DNA from: Bdellovibrionota bacterium
GTDB taxonomy: Bacteria; Bdellovibrionota_G; JALEGL01; DATDPG01
Direction of reading: 5' to 3'
Assembly: GCA_963668355.1 (NCBI GenBank)
Contig: OY764265.1
Coordinates: forward strand, 2,432,001 to 2,496,000
DNA length: 64,000 nucleotides
Below the pieces are notes generated by a model. The model had not been told where the DNA came from and searched no databases. It was given only the letters and a program-made list of their open reading frames with translations. This document shows, piece after piece, positions 8,021 through 18,452 of the stretch. Both the position numbers and the translations under genes were made by a program. Position 1 is the stretch's first letter. Every line of letters starts with the position of its first letter.

Positions 8021-10216
8021 ATGGAATATTATGCTCATAGCAAGGAAGACGTACCGCCGCAGGAATGGCAGAGACTTGAAGACCATCTAAAAAACGTTGC
8101 AGAGCGTGCAGCGGAGTTTGCTAGGCCGTTTGGTGGAGATGAATGGGCGTATATCGCAGGATTTTGGCACGATCTTGGAAAATATTCAGAAGAGTTTCAA
8201 CGTAAGCTTCAGGGGGAAAATATTCGGGTTGTTCATTCTGAAGCGGGCGGACATTTGTCACAGCAAAGAATGTTGCGGGGATTGGAACGTGTTTTCTGTT
8301 GGCTTATTATGGGACACCATGCTGGATTAGCAGATTATAGTTCGGGTGACTCAGGGGCAAAAGCGCTTGAGCCGAAGATGCGCAAACCAGAGAAATCTAA
8401 TATCATTCTTGAAAACGTTCCGGACAAAATTAAAAATCATCCAACACCAGATTTTCCACAACTCTTACACGACGGAGCGGATCTTTCTTTTCTTATCCGG
8501 ATGCTTTTTTCCTGTGTCGTAGATGCAGATTTTCTCGATACAGAAGCATTTATGGACGAAGGGCGCAAAAAGGTTCGTAGTAAAGTGTGTCCAACATTTG
8601 AAGAGTTGCTTGCTTCTTTTGATGCACATATGGATGAGATGTGCAAAGGGGTTAAGCCGTCGAAAGTGAATAAAGTTCGTGCTGAAGTATTAGCGAAGTG
8701 TCGCAACATGGCCGAACGAGAACCGTCGGTTTTTTCGCTGACGGTGCCGACGGGTGGTGGGAAGACTCTATCTTCACTGGATTTTGCTTTACGTCATGCC
8801 ATAAAGCATGGGAAGCGTCGAATTATCTATGTAATTCCATATACCAGCATCATTGAACAAACGGCAGAAGTGTTTCGAAACATTCCGATGTTTGAACGTG
8901 CTGTGCTTGAACACCATAGCAATGTGTCTATTGATGATCAAAGTAAACGGAACCGACTTGCTGCCGAAAACTGGGATATGCCGATTATTGTGACCACGGC
9001 TGTCCAGTTTTTCGAATCGCTCTATGCCAACAAAACCAGCCGATGCCGTAAACTGCACAATGTTGCCGATAGCGTAATTATTTTCGATGAAGCTCAGTGT
9101 TTGCCGCCGGATTTCCTTCGTCCCGCGGTGTTCGCCATTCGTGAACTTCACCGATATTATGGCGTAACGCCGGTTCTTTGTACTGCTACTCAGCCCGTGT
9201 TGACTCGAACCGAAAGTTTCGACTTTAAGTTCGAAGAAGGTTTTGAGTCGGTCGTAGAAATCGTCGAGAATCCTGATGCATTTTTTGATGATCTTAAACG
9301 TGTTGAAGTTAAAGTGTTTAACGACCTCAATCCAGTTGACTACAACTCAATTGCTAAATCCATTTGTTCCCAAAAAAAGTCCATTCTTTGCATTGTCAAT
9401 CGTAAGAACGATGCTCGTGAGTTGACTCGACTTCTTTCGGAAGAACAAACCGTTCATCTTTCCACCAATATGTGTGCAGAACATCGGCTTCAAACATTGA
9501 ATACCATAAAGCAGCGATTGAAAACAGGGAAAGAGCCGCTCTATGTTGTTAGTACCTCCTTGGTTGAGGCCGGAGTTGATCTTGATTTTCCCGTAGTGTA
9601 TCGCGCACTTGCTGGACTTGATTCCATCGCTCAAGCTGCCGGACGTTGCAACCGAGAAGGGTCTCTTTCAGCTTTTGGAAAAACAATTATTTTTGTTCCA
9701 GAAAAGCAACCTCATTACGTTTTGTCGTCCGCTTCTTTGGCGCGAGGTTATCTCCAAGAGGAAAAGCTTGCGGATATCTTTTTGCCAACAACTTTTCAAA
9801 ATTATTTCGGGCAACGGTTTTTTCAGCTCGGACAAAATGCCTTGGATAAGGAAGGAATACTTGCTTTGCTTGGTAATAACTCTGAATTTAGTTTTCAAAC
9901 CGCCGCTCAAAAATTTCGGCTCATCAACGATGACTGGACGCTTCCACTTATTGTTCCCTTCGGCGAGGCTCCGAAGCTTGTAGGCGATTTACTTCGATGG
10001 AATGTACGCAGTCTGTTTCGAAAACTCCAGCGCTATATTGTAAGCATTCCCAAAAGAACTATGAACCAGTTGATCAATGAAGGACACGCTCGGGAACTGC
10101 TTCCCGAGTATCCTGGAACCTACTATTTACATAACGGAGGGCTTTATACATCGCGTTTTGGCTTTGTTTCACCCGATAAGATTGATGCGTATGACCCCGA
10201 AGTAAATATTATTTAG
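8021..10216 (+). CDS. cas3: Cas3 HD nuclease-helicase
   Basis: YAHS, HDLGK, VPTGGGKT, DEAQ and QAAGRCNREG motifs. Confidence 0.97.
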   Translation: MEYYAHSKEDVPPQEWQRLEDHLKNVAERAAEFARPFGGDEWAYIAGFWHDLGKYSEEFQRKLQGENIRVVHSEAGGHLSQQRMLRGLERVFCWLIMGHHAGLADYSSGDSGAKALEPKMRKPEKSNIILENVPDKIKNHPTPDFPQLLHDGADLSFLIRMLFSCVVDADFLDTEAFMDEGRKKVRSKVCPTFEELLASFDAHMDEMCKGVKPSKVNKVRAEVLAKCRNMAEREPSVFSLTVPTGGGKTLSSLDFALRHAIKHGKRRIIYVIPYTSIIEQTAEVFRNIPMFERAVLEHHSNVSIDDQSKRNRLAAENWDMPIIVTTAVQFFESLYANKTSRCRKLHNVADSVIIFDEAQCLPPDFLRPAVFAIRELHRYYGVTPVLCTATQPVLTRTESFDFKFEEGFESVVEIVENPDAFFDDLKRVEVKVFNDLNPVDYNSIAKSICSQKKSILCIVNRKNDARELTRLLSEEQTVHLSTNMCAEHRLQTLNTIKQRLKTGKEPLYVVSTSLVEAGVDLDFPVVYRALAGLDSIAQAAGRCNREGSLSAFGKTIIFVPEKQPHYVLSSASLARGYLQEEKLADIFLPTTFQNYFGQRFFQLGQNALDKEGILALLGNNSEFSFQTAAQKFRLINDDWTLPLIVPFGEAPKLVGDLLRWNVRSLFRKLQRYIVSIPKRTMNQLINEGHARELLPEYPGTYYLHNGGLYTSRFGFVSPDKIDAYDPEVNII

Positions 10217-10221
10217 GAGGA

Positions 10222-10890
10222 ATGAAGATGGATAAAAGTAAATCTTTCCGGTTGAAGGTAAGTGGGGATAATGCCTGCTTTACGCGACCAGAAATGAAAG
10301 TGGAACGGGTGTCGTACGATGTCATAACACCCTCCGCCGCACGCGGGATTCTTGAAGCGATTCTTTGGAAGCCTGCGATTAAATGGAATGTTCTTCAAAT
10401 TGATGTGCTCAAGCCTATTAAATGGGATTCGGTTCGGCGTAATGAGGTGGGAAAGAAAGCATCAAAACCATCTGCCGATCATTTGAAAGGTGAAAGCAAA
10501 AAACCTTTAGAGAATTTCATTGAAAAAGAGCGTCAACAGCGCGCCGGACTTTTTCTTCGTGATGTCGCCTATCTCATTCACGCTGAATTTGAAATGACAG
10601 AGAAAGCCGGAGATGATGACACGGTAACGAAATTTACAGAAATGTTTATTCGTCGTGCGAGTAATGGACAGTGTTTTCATCGTCCTTATTTTGGTTGCCG
10701 CGAGTTTCCTGTTGAATTTGAATTTGTTTCAAAAGATGCCGAAATGTTTTCAACCATTGAAAACACTCGTGATCTTGGCTGGATGCTCTACGATCTCGAT
10801 TATTCCAGAAAAGAACCCATGCCGAAATTCTTTCATGCAAAGATGGAAAACGGCTCTATCGATTTGCGAAACGTGGAAGTGCGATCATGA
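10222..10890 (+). CDS. cas5c: Type I-C Cas5c (Cas5d)
   Basis: ACFTRPEMKVERVSYDVITPSAARGILEAI. Confidence 0.96.
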   Translation: MKMDKSKSFRLKVSGDNACFTRPEMKVERVSYDVITPSAARGILEAILWKPAIKWNVLQIDVLKPIKWDSVRRNEVGKKASKPSADHLKGESKKPLENFIEKERQQRAGLFLRDVAYLIHAEFEMTEKAGDDDTVTKFTEMFIRRASNGQCFHRPYFGCREFPVEFEFVSKDAEMFSTIENTRDLGWMLYDLDYSRKEPMPKFFHAKMENGSIDLRNVEVRS

Positions 10891-12614
10891 TTCTTAAAGC
10901 TTTAGCCGATTACTATCAACGTTTAGCTGTTGATCGCAATGTTGATATTGCCCCACCAGGTTTTGAACAAAAAACTATCGATTTTCTTGTTATGCTCAAC
11001 AAAGATGGCACTTTTGACGAATTGTGCGATCTTCGCGAAGGTGTAGGTAAAAAAAGAAAAGGGCGGTTATCACGTGTTCCAAAGGGTGTTAAGCGTTCAT
11101 CCGGTGTTGCCGCAAATTTGTTGTGGGATACTGTCGCATATGTTTTCGGCATCAATCCTGCCAAGCCGAAACGTGGTGAAGAGCAACACACGGCGTTTAT
11201 TGAAAAAATTGAACAAACATTTTCCGATTGCAAGAATGTCGGAATCCAGTCAGTTCTTACATTTCTGAAAACAGCGAATTTTGATTCTGTCTTTACACAT
11301 CCGGTTTGGAATGATTTGAAAGAAAGCCGTGGAAATATTTCCTTTGCTTTATCTGGCGAAACAGATCTTGTTTGCCAACACCCCGAAGTGGTTGCGGTCC
11401 TTCGAAGAAACACGAAACCAGAGGGAGAAACCCAGACCTGCTCTATCAGTGGAGTAGAAGATGTTCCTGCCGAGTTGCATACGGCCATCAAGGGGGTATG
11501 GGGCGCACAATCATCCGGAGCGAATATTGTTTCATTCAATCTCGATGCCTTTCGGTCATTTGGTAAAAAGCAGGGCCAAAATGCACCAATAGGGAAACAG
11601 ACTGAATTTTCCTACACCACCGCGCTTAATTTTTTGTTAGCTTCCGAAAATCAGAGAATGCAAGTCGGCGATGCCAGTACGATTTTCTGGGCGAAGAATC
11701 CTTGCGATTTTGAGACAGATTTTCATCCTTTGCTTGTACCCAAAAAAGGTGAGGAGGCGATAAGCTACGATAAAATTAGAGGGTTACTATCGGCGGTAAA
11801 ATCCGGAGTTTTTCCTGAAGAGGCAGATATGCCGTTTTATGTTCTTGGCCTTGCTCCGAACGCATCGCGCATAGCTATTCGTTTTTGGCATGAAGGCAAC
11901 GTCAAGGAAATTAAGGAACGAATTGCTGAGCATTTTCAGGATATTGAGATGATTAGGGCTCCGCATGATCCTGAGTTTCTTTCGCTGTTTCAGTTGCTGG
12001 TTTCTACAGCAACTGAACATAAGTCCGAGAATATTCCACCGAATCTTGGTGGCGAAATTATGCGAGCAGTTTTGACAGGAAGGGTTTATCCGCGAACACT
12101 TTTGGCAAACGCGATACGGCGCTGTAAGGCAGAACAACGGGTCAATTTTGCTCGTGTTTCCATCATTAAAGGGGTGTTGTTTCGCAATGCTCGAATTTTA
12201 AAATCAACCAATAAGGAGGTTTCCATGGCGTTGGATAAAACATACGACAACATCGGATACGTACTTGGACGGCAATTTGCTGTACTTGAACGCATTCAAG
12301 AATTGGCTTTAGGCGGTCATCTGAACAAAACGATTCGCGACACCTATTTTGGCGCTGCAACCAGTTCACCTTTGGTTGTATTTAAGCGATTGGATAATTT
12401 GGCTATCCATCATCTCGCAAAAATCCGTAATTCCGGGAAAAATGCGGTCTGGCTAGAAAAACTGATGGGTGAAATTAAGGATTTTGTGCCCAAAGAAGGT
12501 GTTCCACCTATTCTCAACTTGGAAGATCAAGGTCGTTTTTCGGTTGGCTACTATCACCAACGACAGGAATTTTTCACGAAAAAAGAAAATGAAGACAAGG
12601 GAGAAGAACAATGA
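10887..12614 (+). CDS. cas8c: Type I-C Cas8c/Csd1
   Basis: [31 protein letters not shown] and GYYHQ motifs; an internal AGGAGG-ATG (MALDK) suggests an embedded Cas11c. Confidence 0.95.
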   Translation: MILKALADYYQRLAVDRNVDIAPPGFEQKTIDFLVMLNKDGTFDELCDLREGVGKKRKGRLSRVPKGVKRSSGVAANLLWDTVAYVFGINPAKPKRGEEQHTAFIEKIEQTFSDCKNVGIQSVLTFLKTANFDSVFTHPVWNDLKESRGNISFALSGETDLVCQHPEVVAVLRRNTKPEGETQTCSISGVEDVPAELHTAIKGVWGAQSSGANIVSFNLDAFRSFGKKQGQNAPIGKQTEFSYTTALNFLLASENQRMQVGDASTIFWAKNPCDFETDFHPLLVPKKGEEAISYDKIRGLLSAVKSGVFPEEADMPFYVLGLAPNASRIAIRFWHEGNVKEIKERIAEHFQDIEMIRAPHDPEFLSLFQLLVSTATEHKSENIPPNLGGEIMRAVLTGRVYPRTLLANAIRRCKAEQRVNFARVSIIKGVLFRNARILKSTNKEVSMALDKTYDNIGYVLGRQFAVLERIQELALGGHLNKTIRDTYFGAATSSPLVVFKRLDNLAIHHLAKIRNSGKNAVWLEKLMGEIKDFVPKEGVPPILNLEDQGRFSVGYYHQRQEFFTKKENEDKGEEQ

Positions 12615-13477
12615 ATGAACCAGTCAAGAATCGTTATGAATTTGTATTGCTGTTTGATGTAAAGGACGGAAACCCTAACGGTGATCCTGATGCCGGAAAC
12701 TTACCGCGCATTGACCCCGAAACGGGGAATGGTCTTGTTACCGATGTCTGTCTCAAACGCAAGGTTCGAAATTATGTCCAAATGATGAAGGCTGATAAGT
12801 CGGAGATGAAAATCTTTGTGAAGGAAAAAGCCGTTCTTAACAACTTAATTGGTGAGGCGCATGAACAGGAATTTGTAAAATCTCAGGAAAAAGAAGCAGA
12901 TAAAACTGAGGCTGCTCGGAAGTGGATGTGTGAAAATTATTTTGATATTCGTACTTTTGGTGCAGTTATGAGCACTGGGAAGAATGCTGGTCAGGTTCGT
13001 GGTCCGGTTCAGTTTGGTTTTGCTCGCAGCAAAGATCGCATCTTTACCGGTGAGCATACGATCACACGCATGGCAGTAGCTACCGAGGCAGAAGCTGAAA
13101 AGCAAAAAGGGGGTAACCGTACGATGGGACGCAAGTTTACGATTCCCTACGGCCTTTACGAAATTCACGGATTCATTTCCGCACCACTGGCGAAACAAAC
13201 AGGATTTTCCGAAGATGATTTAGCATTGTTTTGGGATGCGTTACTGAATATGTTTGATCATGATCGATCTGCTGCGCGTGGCGAAATGGCTCCGCAGAAA
13301 TTAATCGTTTTTAAGCACGATTCCGAACTTGGAAATGCACCAGCGCAGAAATTGTTTAAACTTATTTCTGTGAAAAAGAAGGAGTCACTTGGTGATGCTC
13401 CGCCGCGTTCATTTGATGATTATGAGGTTTCTCTCAGTGAAGCTCCTGCCGGTGTGGAATTGATTGAGAAGCTTTGA
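12611..13477 (+). CDS. cas7c: Type I-C Cas7/Csd2
   Basis: [25 protein letters not shown] and HDRSAARG motifs. Confidence 0.97.
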   Translation: MNEPVKNRYEFVLLFDVKDGNPNGDPDAGNLPRIDPETGNGLVTDVCLKRKVRNYVQMMKADKSEMKIFVKEKAVLNNLIGEAHEQEFVKSQEKEADKTEAARKWMCENYFDIRTFGAVMSTGKNAGQVRGPVQFGFARSKDRIFTGEHTITRMAVATEAEAEKQKGGNRTMGRKFTIPYGLYEIHGFISAPLAKQTGFSEDDLALFWDALLNMFDHDRSAARGEMAPQKLIVFKHDSELGNAPAQKLFKLISVKKKESLGDAPPRSFDDYEVSLSEAPAGVELIEKL

Positions 13478-14187
13478 TGGTTTTTTCTGAAGTCGATCTT
13501 CTTCCACTTTCGGCTTTGCAACACCTTGTATATTGCGAGCGACAGTGTGCGTTGATCCATATCGAGCAGGTGTGGGTAGAAAATCGATTTACGGCTGAGG
13601 GGCGGATAAGACATGAACGAGCACATGAGGCAAGGAGTGAATCGCGAGGTCCGTTGCGGATCGCACGAGGATTGCCAATACGATCGCTGCAGCTCGGACT
13701 GTCGGGAATAGCGGATATAGTGGAGTTTCACCGTGCCACTTCCGATTTATCTCCTGAAATGGATTCCGGTCCGCCTTCGGAAACTGAGCCAATTGCACTG
13801 CCAGAAATTGCAGGAATGTGGAGACCTTATCCTGTGGAGTATAAACGCGGACGTCCCAAGTCGCACCGTGCAGATGAGATTCAAGTGTGCGCTCAGGCGA
13901 TGTGTATGGAAGAAACGTTAGGTGGACATATTGTTGAAGGTGCGTTGTTTTATGGCAAAACCCAACGACGTAAGGTTGTGCGATTCAATACTGTGTTGCG
14001 GGATTTGGTGAGGAAGACAGCTGCAAAATTACATGTTTTGATTGAAAACGGTGTGATTCCATCGCCGGTTTTTGAGAAACGCAAATGTCAAGAATGTAGT
14101 CTGATCGATGTTTGTCTGCCGGAAGGATTGGAGAAACGTCGTACGGTATGGGGATATGTGAAGCGACATCTTTTTGTGGTGGAGTAA
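13474..14187 (+). CDS. cas4: Cas4
   Basis: [13 protein letters not shown] and PVEYKRG motifs; C-terminal C-x2-C-x5-C. Confidence 0.95.
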   Translation: MMVFSEVDLLPLSALQHLVYCERQCALIHIEQVWVENRFTAEGRIRHERAHEARSESRGPLRIARGLPIRSLQLGLSGIADIVEFHRATSDLSPEMDSGPPSETEPIALPEIAGMWRPYPVEYKRGRPKSHRADEIQVCAQAMCMEETLGGHIVEGALFYGKTQRRKVVRFNTVLRDLVRKTAAKLHVLIENGVIPSPVFEKRKCQECSLIDVCLPEGLEKRRTVWGYVKRHLFVVE

Positions 14188-14205
14188 GAAGAACAGGAGG
14201 TTCGC

Positions 14206-15237
14206 ATGCGCAAATTGCTGAATAACTTGTATGTGACAACGCAGGGAGCATATCTCGCGCGTGAGAATGAGACGGTTGCAGTGCGAATCGAACATGAAAC
14301 TCGTTTGCGTGTTCCGATTCATACTCTTAGCGGCATTATGTGTTTTGGAAATGTTTCATGCAGTCCATTTTTACTCGGATTGTGCGGTGAACATGATGTT
14401 GGAGTAGCGTTTCTTACGGAGTATGGTCGGTTTTTGGCACGTGTACAGCCACCAGTTTCTGGAAATGTGTTGTTACGTCGTGAGCAGTATCGTCGTGCCG
14501 ATGATTTGCAGGAATCGGCAACGATTGCTCGGAGCGTGTTGGCTGGAAAGATTGCAAATGGACGAAGTGTCTTGATGCGGACAGCACGTGAAGGAAAAGA
14601 CGCTACGCAGGGAGATGTGTTGCACAAGGCCATCGAGGCATTGTTGCGTTTGAGTAAACGGCTGGAAAATCCTTTACCACTTGATATTGCCCGGGCGACT
14701 GAAGGTGAAGCTGCGGCCATATACTTTGGAGTTTTTGATCATTTGATCACGGTGCAAAAAGAGGATTTTGTTTTCAAAAAACGCACACGGCGTCCGCCGA
14801 CCGATCCAGTTAATGCGTTGTTGTCATTTCATTATACATTGCTAGTACACGATGTTTCGTCGGCGTTACAGAGTGTTGGACTGGATCCACAGGTTGGTTT
14901 TTTACATCGCGATCGTCCAGGGCGTCCGAGTTTTGCACTAGATTTGATGGAAGAATTGCGTCCGATGTTTGCTGATCGACAGGTATTGACACTCATCAAT
15001 CGTCGGCAAGTTCAAGCGCGAGATTTTCGTACGGGGGAAACGGGAGCAGTGTTGTTGCAAGATAAAGTGCGTAAAGAAGTTCTTGTGGCGTATCAGAAGC
15101 GCAAGCAGGAAATGATCACGCATCCATTTCTCGGTGAAAAAATTGCGATTGGGTTAGTGCCATATGTTCAGTCATTGTTATTTGCTCGCTATCTGCGTGG
15201 TGATCTGGACGGATATCCACCGTTTTTTTGGAAGTAA
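14206..15237 (+). CDS. cas1: Type I-C Cas1
   Basis: MRKLLNNLYVTTQG, EGEAA and GFLHRDRPGRPSFALDLMEE motifs. Confidence 0.97.
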   Translation: MRKLLNNLYVTTQGAYLARENETVAVRIEHETRLRVPIHTLSGIMCFGNVSCSPFLLGLCGEHDVGVAFLTEYGRFLARVQPPVSGNVLLRREQYRRADDLQESATIARSVLAGKIANGRSVLMRTAREGKDATQGDVLHKAIEALLRLSKRLENPLPLDIARATEGEAAAIYFGVFDHLITVQKEDFVFKKRTRRPPTDPVNALLSFHYTLLVHDVSSALQSVGLDPQVGFLHRDRPGRPSFALDLMEELRPMFADRQVLTLINRRQVQARDFRTGETGAVLLQDKVRKEVLVAYQKRKQEMITHPFLGEKIAIGLVPYVQSLLFARYLRGDLDGYPPFFWK

Positions 15238-15241
15238 GATT

Positions 15242-15532
15242 ATGATGGTTCTGGTTACTTACGATGTAAATACAGAAAGTAAAGAAGGACGCTGTCGTTT
15301 GCGCAAGGTAGCCAAAGCATGTGAAGCGCGGGGACAACGTGTGCAGTTTAGTGTGTTTGAGTGTTTGCTTGATCCTGCGCAATGGGCACAACTCAAAGCA
15401 TATCTTGAGAAAATCATTGAGCCTGAAACGGATAGTTTGCGTTATTACTATCTGGGCGCAAATTGGAAACGTCGTGTGGAGCATGTAGGGGCGAAAGAGG
15501 GATACGATCCCGAAGGGCCTTTGATTGTTTAA
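15242..15532 (+). CDS. cas2: Cas2
   Basis: MMVLVTYDV, RVQFSVFEC and DSLRYYYLG motifs. Confidence 0.96.
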   Translation: MMVLVTYDVNTESKEGRCRLRKVAKACEARGQRVQFSVFECLLDPAQWAQLKAYLEKIIEPETDSLRYYYLGANWKRRVEHVGAKEGYDPEGPLIV

Positions 15533-15717
15533 AAGTCTGTGCGCGAACCTAGGGCGATCAAGATTTTCTAGGAGGTTCGCATGTTGACTAAGTTCTTTGA
15601 AATTTGAAAGATTTTGAAATTAAATTTTGTTGTTGGTCTTTGGGAGAAAATTTAACAACGGACTTCGCGCAAACTGCCATTTTGACCCTTGTAGATATGG
15701 AAGTTAGACTAGGGTCT
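15533..15717 (+). promoter_or_regulatory. CRISPR leader
   Basis: Lies between cas2 and the first repeat; AT-rich centre and an inverted GCGAACCT...AGGTTCGC motif as often seen in I-C leaders. Confidence 0.8.
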
Positions 15718-16855
15718 GTCGCCCCCCACGCGGGGGCGTGGATTGAAACGTGTTTATTTGGGAGAAATCGTCAGTGATATAGAGTCGCCCCCCACGCGGG
15801 GGCGTGGATTGAAACATTTGTATGATTTTTTGGGTGAACATTGCGTTCGGTCGCCCCCCACGCGGGGGCGTGGATTGAAACATGTAGACCAGGCTTTAAA
15901 TAACCGGGTGCAATTGTCGCCCCCCACGCGGGGGCGTGGATTGAAACACTTGTCGCCAGGTTGGTGCAATTTGGATGCACGTCGCCCCCCACGCGGGGGC
16001 GTGGATTGAAACCTTCACCGCAGTGTACGCCGATTCAGATTCTTCGGTCGCCCCCCACGCGGGGGCGTGGATTGAAACTTAATCCAGAAACAAACGAACT
16101 CGAACAGCAAGGTCGCCCCCCACGCGGGGGCGTGGATTGAAACACGTAAATATCCGCAACGAACTCCCGATCACCAAGTCGCCCCCCACGCGGGGGCGTG
16201 GATTGAAACATTTATGGCGAAACAAACTGACCGGCAAAAAGGAGTCGCCCCCCACGCGGGGGCGTGGATTGAAACATACTCATCGCGGTATTGAGTGATG
16301 GTATCTGGGTCGCCCCCCACGCGGGGGCGTGGATTGAAACATGGAAAGGTTGAGGGGATTGTTTATCGGTCGAGTCGCCCCCCACGCGGGGGCGTGGATT
16401 GAAACTATTAAGCACCGAAATGTTTGCTTATCTTTCGGGTCGCCCCCCACGCGGGGGCGTGGATTGAAACACCAATCAAGGGTTTGATGTTATCGAAGCG
16501 CAGATGTCGCCCCCCACGCGGGGGCGTGGATTGAAACTTCCTCGGCATGTTTCGCGCTGCCCTGCTTGGATGTCGCCCCCCACGCGGGGGCGTGGATTGA
16601 AACACAATACCCACACCCAGAAACCGGAGGTACTTCGTCGCCCCCCACGCGGGGGCGTGGATTGAAACACACAAACAAGGCACTCCAATTCCAGATGCCG
16701 TTGTCGCCCCCCACGCGGGGGCGTGGATTGAAACCTAAACACACCAAGGTAGCTCACAAATAATCTCAGTCGCCCCCCACGCGGGGGCGTGGATTGAAAC
16801 ATGTCCCCCTTGTTTTTCGAAAGAAAATACGTGGGTTGCCTCCGTAAATTGAAAC
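15718..16855 (+). CRISPR. Type I-C CRISPR array: 17 identical 32-bp repeats (15718-16800) plus a degenerate 21-bp terminal repeat (16835-16855); 17 spacers of 33-35 bp
   Basis: Repeat GTCGCCCCCCACGCGGGGGCGTGGATTGAAAC starts at 15718, 15784, 15850, 15916, 15981, 16047, 16112, 16178, 16244, 16309, 16374, 16439, 16506, 16572, 16637, 16703 and 16769. Confidence 0.99.
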
Positions 16856-16901
16856 CATTAATGACGAGTAGGAGAGTTCCGATAGCTCCTTGAGTATTTT
16901 T

Positions 16902-16932
16902 GGCCCCTCCGCCCGGTGTAGATCCTCCCAAA
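16902..16932 (+). repeat. Right copy of the 31-bp perfect direct repeat (attR-like core)
   Basis: Identical to 6516-6546. Confidence 0.95.
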
Positions 16933-17021
16933 AAATATATTTCAATCCAAAACTCTTCTTGAGCATCTATCAAGGTTGTTTGTATGAACCGTGGTCTTCT
17001 TTTTCAATTTGTTAGATCAAA

Positions 17022-18134
17022 TTAGGATGTCACGGATTTGACGGCGGGGGACTCTTCTACTTCAGCGGGTTTTGTGGATTCGAGTTTTTCGACGCGGCCT
17101 TGAATTTTTTCCAGGCGTTTGCTGCCTTTCTCCATGGCTCCGGACGCATTTTTTATGTGTTTGTCCACGAGCTGAAACTCTTCGCTCAAGCGTCTAAGAT
17201 CATCTTGTAGACGGGCCAAGAAGGCGAAGATTTCTTTCGCGCGTTCTTCGATTCGAAGACCGCGTAAGCCCAGTAAAATGGCTTGGAGATAGGCATAGAA
17301 ACTATTGGGTGAAACCGGGATCACTCGTTTTTTTAAGGCATATGTGTTGATCCCAAGCGGCTCTCCAAATCGTTCGTCTCGAAGAATGGCTTCGTAATAG
17401 ATGTTTTCAGCCGGAACATACATGAGGGCAAAATCAAGTGTGTTCTCGTCGGGGCGAATGTATTTTTGGGCGATGGCATCGACATGTTTTTTGAAGTCCG
17501 TTGAAAAGGCTTTTCGAAATCGATCCCGCTCCGCATCCTCAATATTGGGTTGGATCATTCGTTGAAAGTTTTCCAACGGGAACTTGGCATCCACCGGAAC
17601 CAAATGGCTTTGAGGGAGATGAATCACGGCGTCCACGGTATCGCCGGATCGAAATCCATATTGCATCGTGAAATAGCTGGAAGGAAGGATTTGTGCGAGA
17701 AGCTCCTCCAGAAACAGTTCGCCAAGGTTTCCTCGAAGTTTGGGGGCTCGCAGGACCTCTTGCAGTCGGGCCACCTCTTCTCCAACATGTTGAATCTGTT
17801 TGTGGGTTTCTTCCAGTTTCCCCAAACGCTCGGCAACTTGGCTGAAGAGTTCTGAGTTTTGATTCAGCCTCTGTCCGACGGTTTCGTGAGTGTTCTGGAC
17901 CATTTGACTGGTTTGCGCGAGGCCTTCGTTCATTCGTTGATGAAAGCGGTCTAGCTCGGTTCCCGTGAGTTTGGAGACATCTTGAAGGGAACGAGAAAGT
18001 TGATCGTTCAAACTCGTGAGCTGTTGTTGGATGAGGGAGAGGGAGGCATCTTGCTTGGGTCGTCGAAGAACCCAAACCAAAACTGCCAAAAAGGCCACAG
18101 AAAGTCCCATGAAAGCTACGATCACCCAATTCAT
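17022..18134 (-). CDS. rmuC: DNA recombination protein RmuC
   Basis: N-terminal TM and coiled coil; RGNLGELFLE, VPVDAKFPL and DFALMYVPAE motifs. Confidence 0.93.
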   Translation of the reverse strand: MNWVIVAFMGLSVAFLAVLVWVLRRPKQDASLSLIQQQLTSLNDQLSRSLQDVSKLTGTELDRFHQRMNEGLAQTSQMVQNTHETVGQRLNQNSELFSQVAERLGKLEETHKQIQHVGEEVARLQEVLRAPKLRGNLGELFLEELLAQILPSSYFTMQYGFRSGDTVDAVIHLPQSHLVPVDAKFPLENFQRMIQPNIEDAERDRFRKAFSTDFKKHVDAIAQKYIRPDENTLDFALMYVPAENIYYEAILRDERFGEPLGINTYALKKRVIPVSPNSFYAYLQAILLGLRGLRIEERAKEIFAFLARLQDDLRRLSEEFQLVDKHIKNASGAMEKGSKRLEKIQGRVEKLESTKPAEVEESPAVKSVTS

Positions 18135-18172
18135 GGCGTGATCGTAGCTTTTAGGTGCCTCAAGTCAAAGAG

Positions 18173-18427
18173 TTATTCTTCGGCAAAAGCCGCCCCGTCA
18201 TCAAAATTGCTCATATCTCTTTTCTTATATTGCTCTGTTGTAATGCGTTCGCCATGAATATTACTTTCTTCTCCTGCGATCGCATTTCCGATTCGAGCAA
18301 ATGCCTTTTGAATGTTGATGCTTGTCGCTGTCAGGACGGCTACAGACGAAACGGCAACGAGTCCGACGATTAAAAGATATTCGGTCAATCCTTGACCTTG
18401 TTTTCTGTTTTTTGAAGTTCTTATCAT
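18173..18427 (-). CDS. Flp family type IVb pilin
   Basis: KQGQGLTEYLLIVGLVAV matches the Flp G/xxxxEY motif; GGAG RBS before ATG 18427. Confidence 0.85.
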   Translation of the reverse strand: MIRTSKNRKQGQGLTEYLLIVGLVAVSSVAVLTATSINIQKAFARIGNAIAGEESNIHGERITTEQYKKRDMSNFDDGAAFAEE

Positions 18428-18452
18428 TTCTTCTCCCTTTCTATGGAGGCTC

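Larger units (their letters stand above)
6516..16932. mobile_element. Putative integrated cassette (TA + type I-C CRISPR-Cas) with no integrase
   Basis: Bounded by 31-bp direct repeats with reciprocal inverted arms; sits between convergent nlpD and rmuC. Confidence 0.65.

Noticed and set aside
15882..16177. 9-mers shared between neighbouring spacers (GGTGCAATT in spacers 3 and 4; AACGAACTC in spacers 6 and 7)
   Set aside because: Too short, with dissimilar flanks; compatible with chance.
15743..16973. Several repetitive ORFs on both strands (SPPTRGRGLK, FQSTPPRGGR)
   Set aside because: They are translations of the CRISPR repeats.
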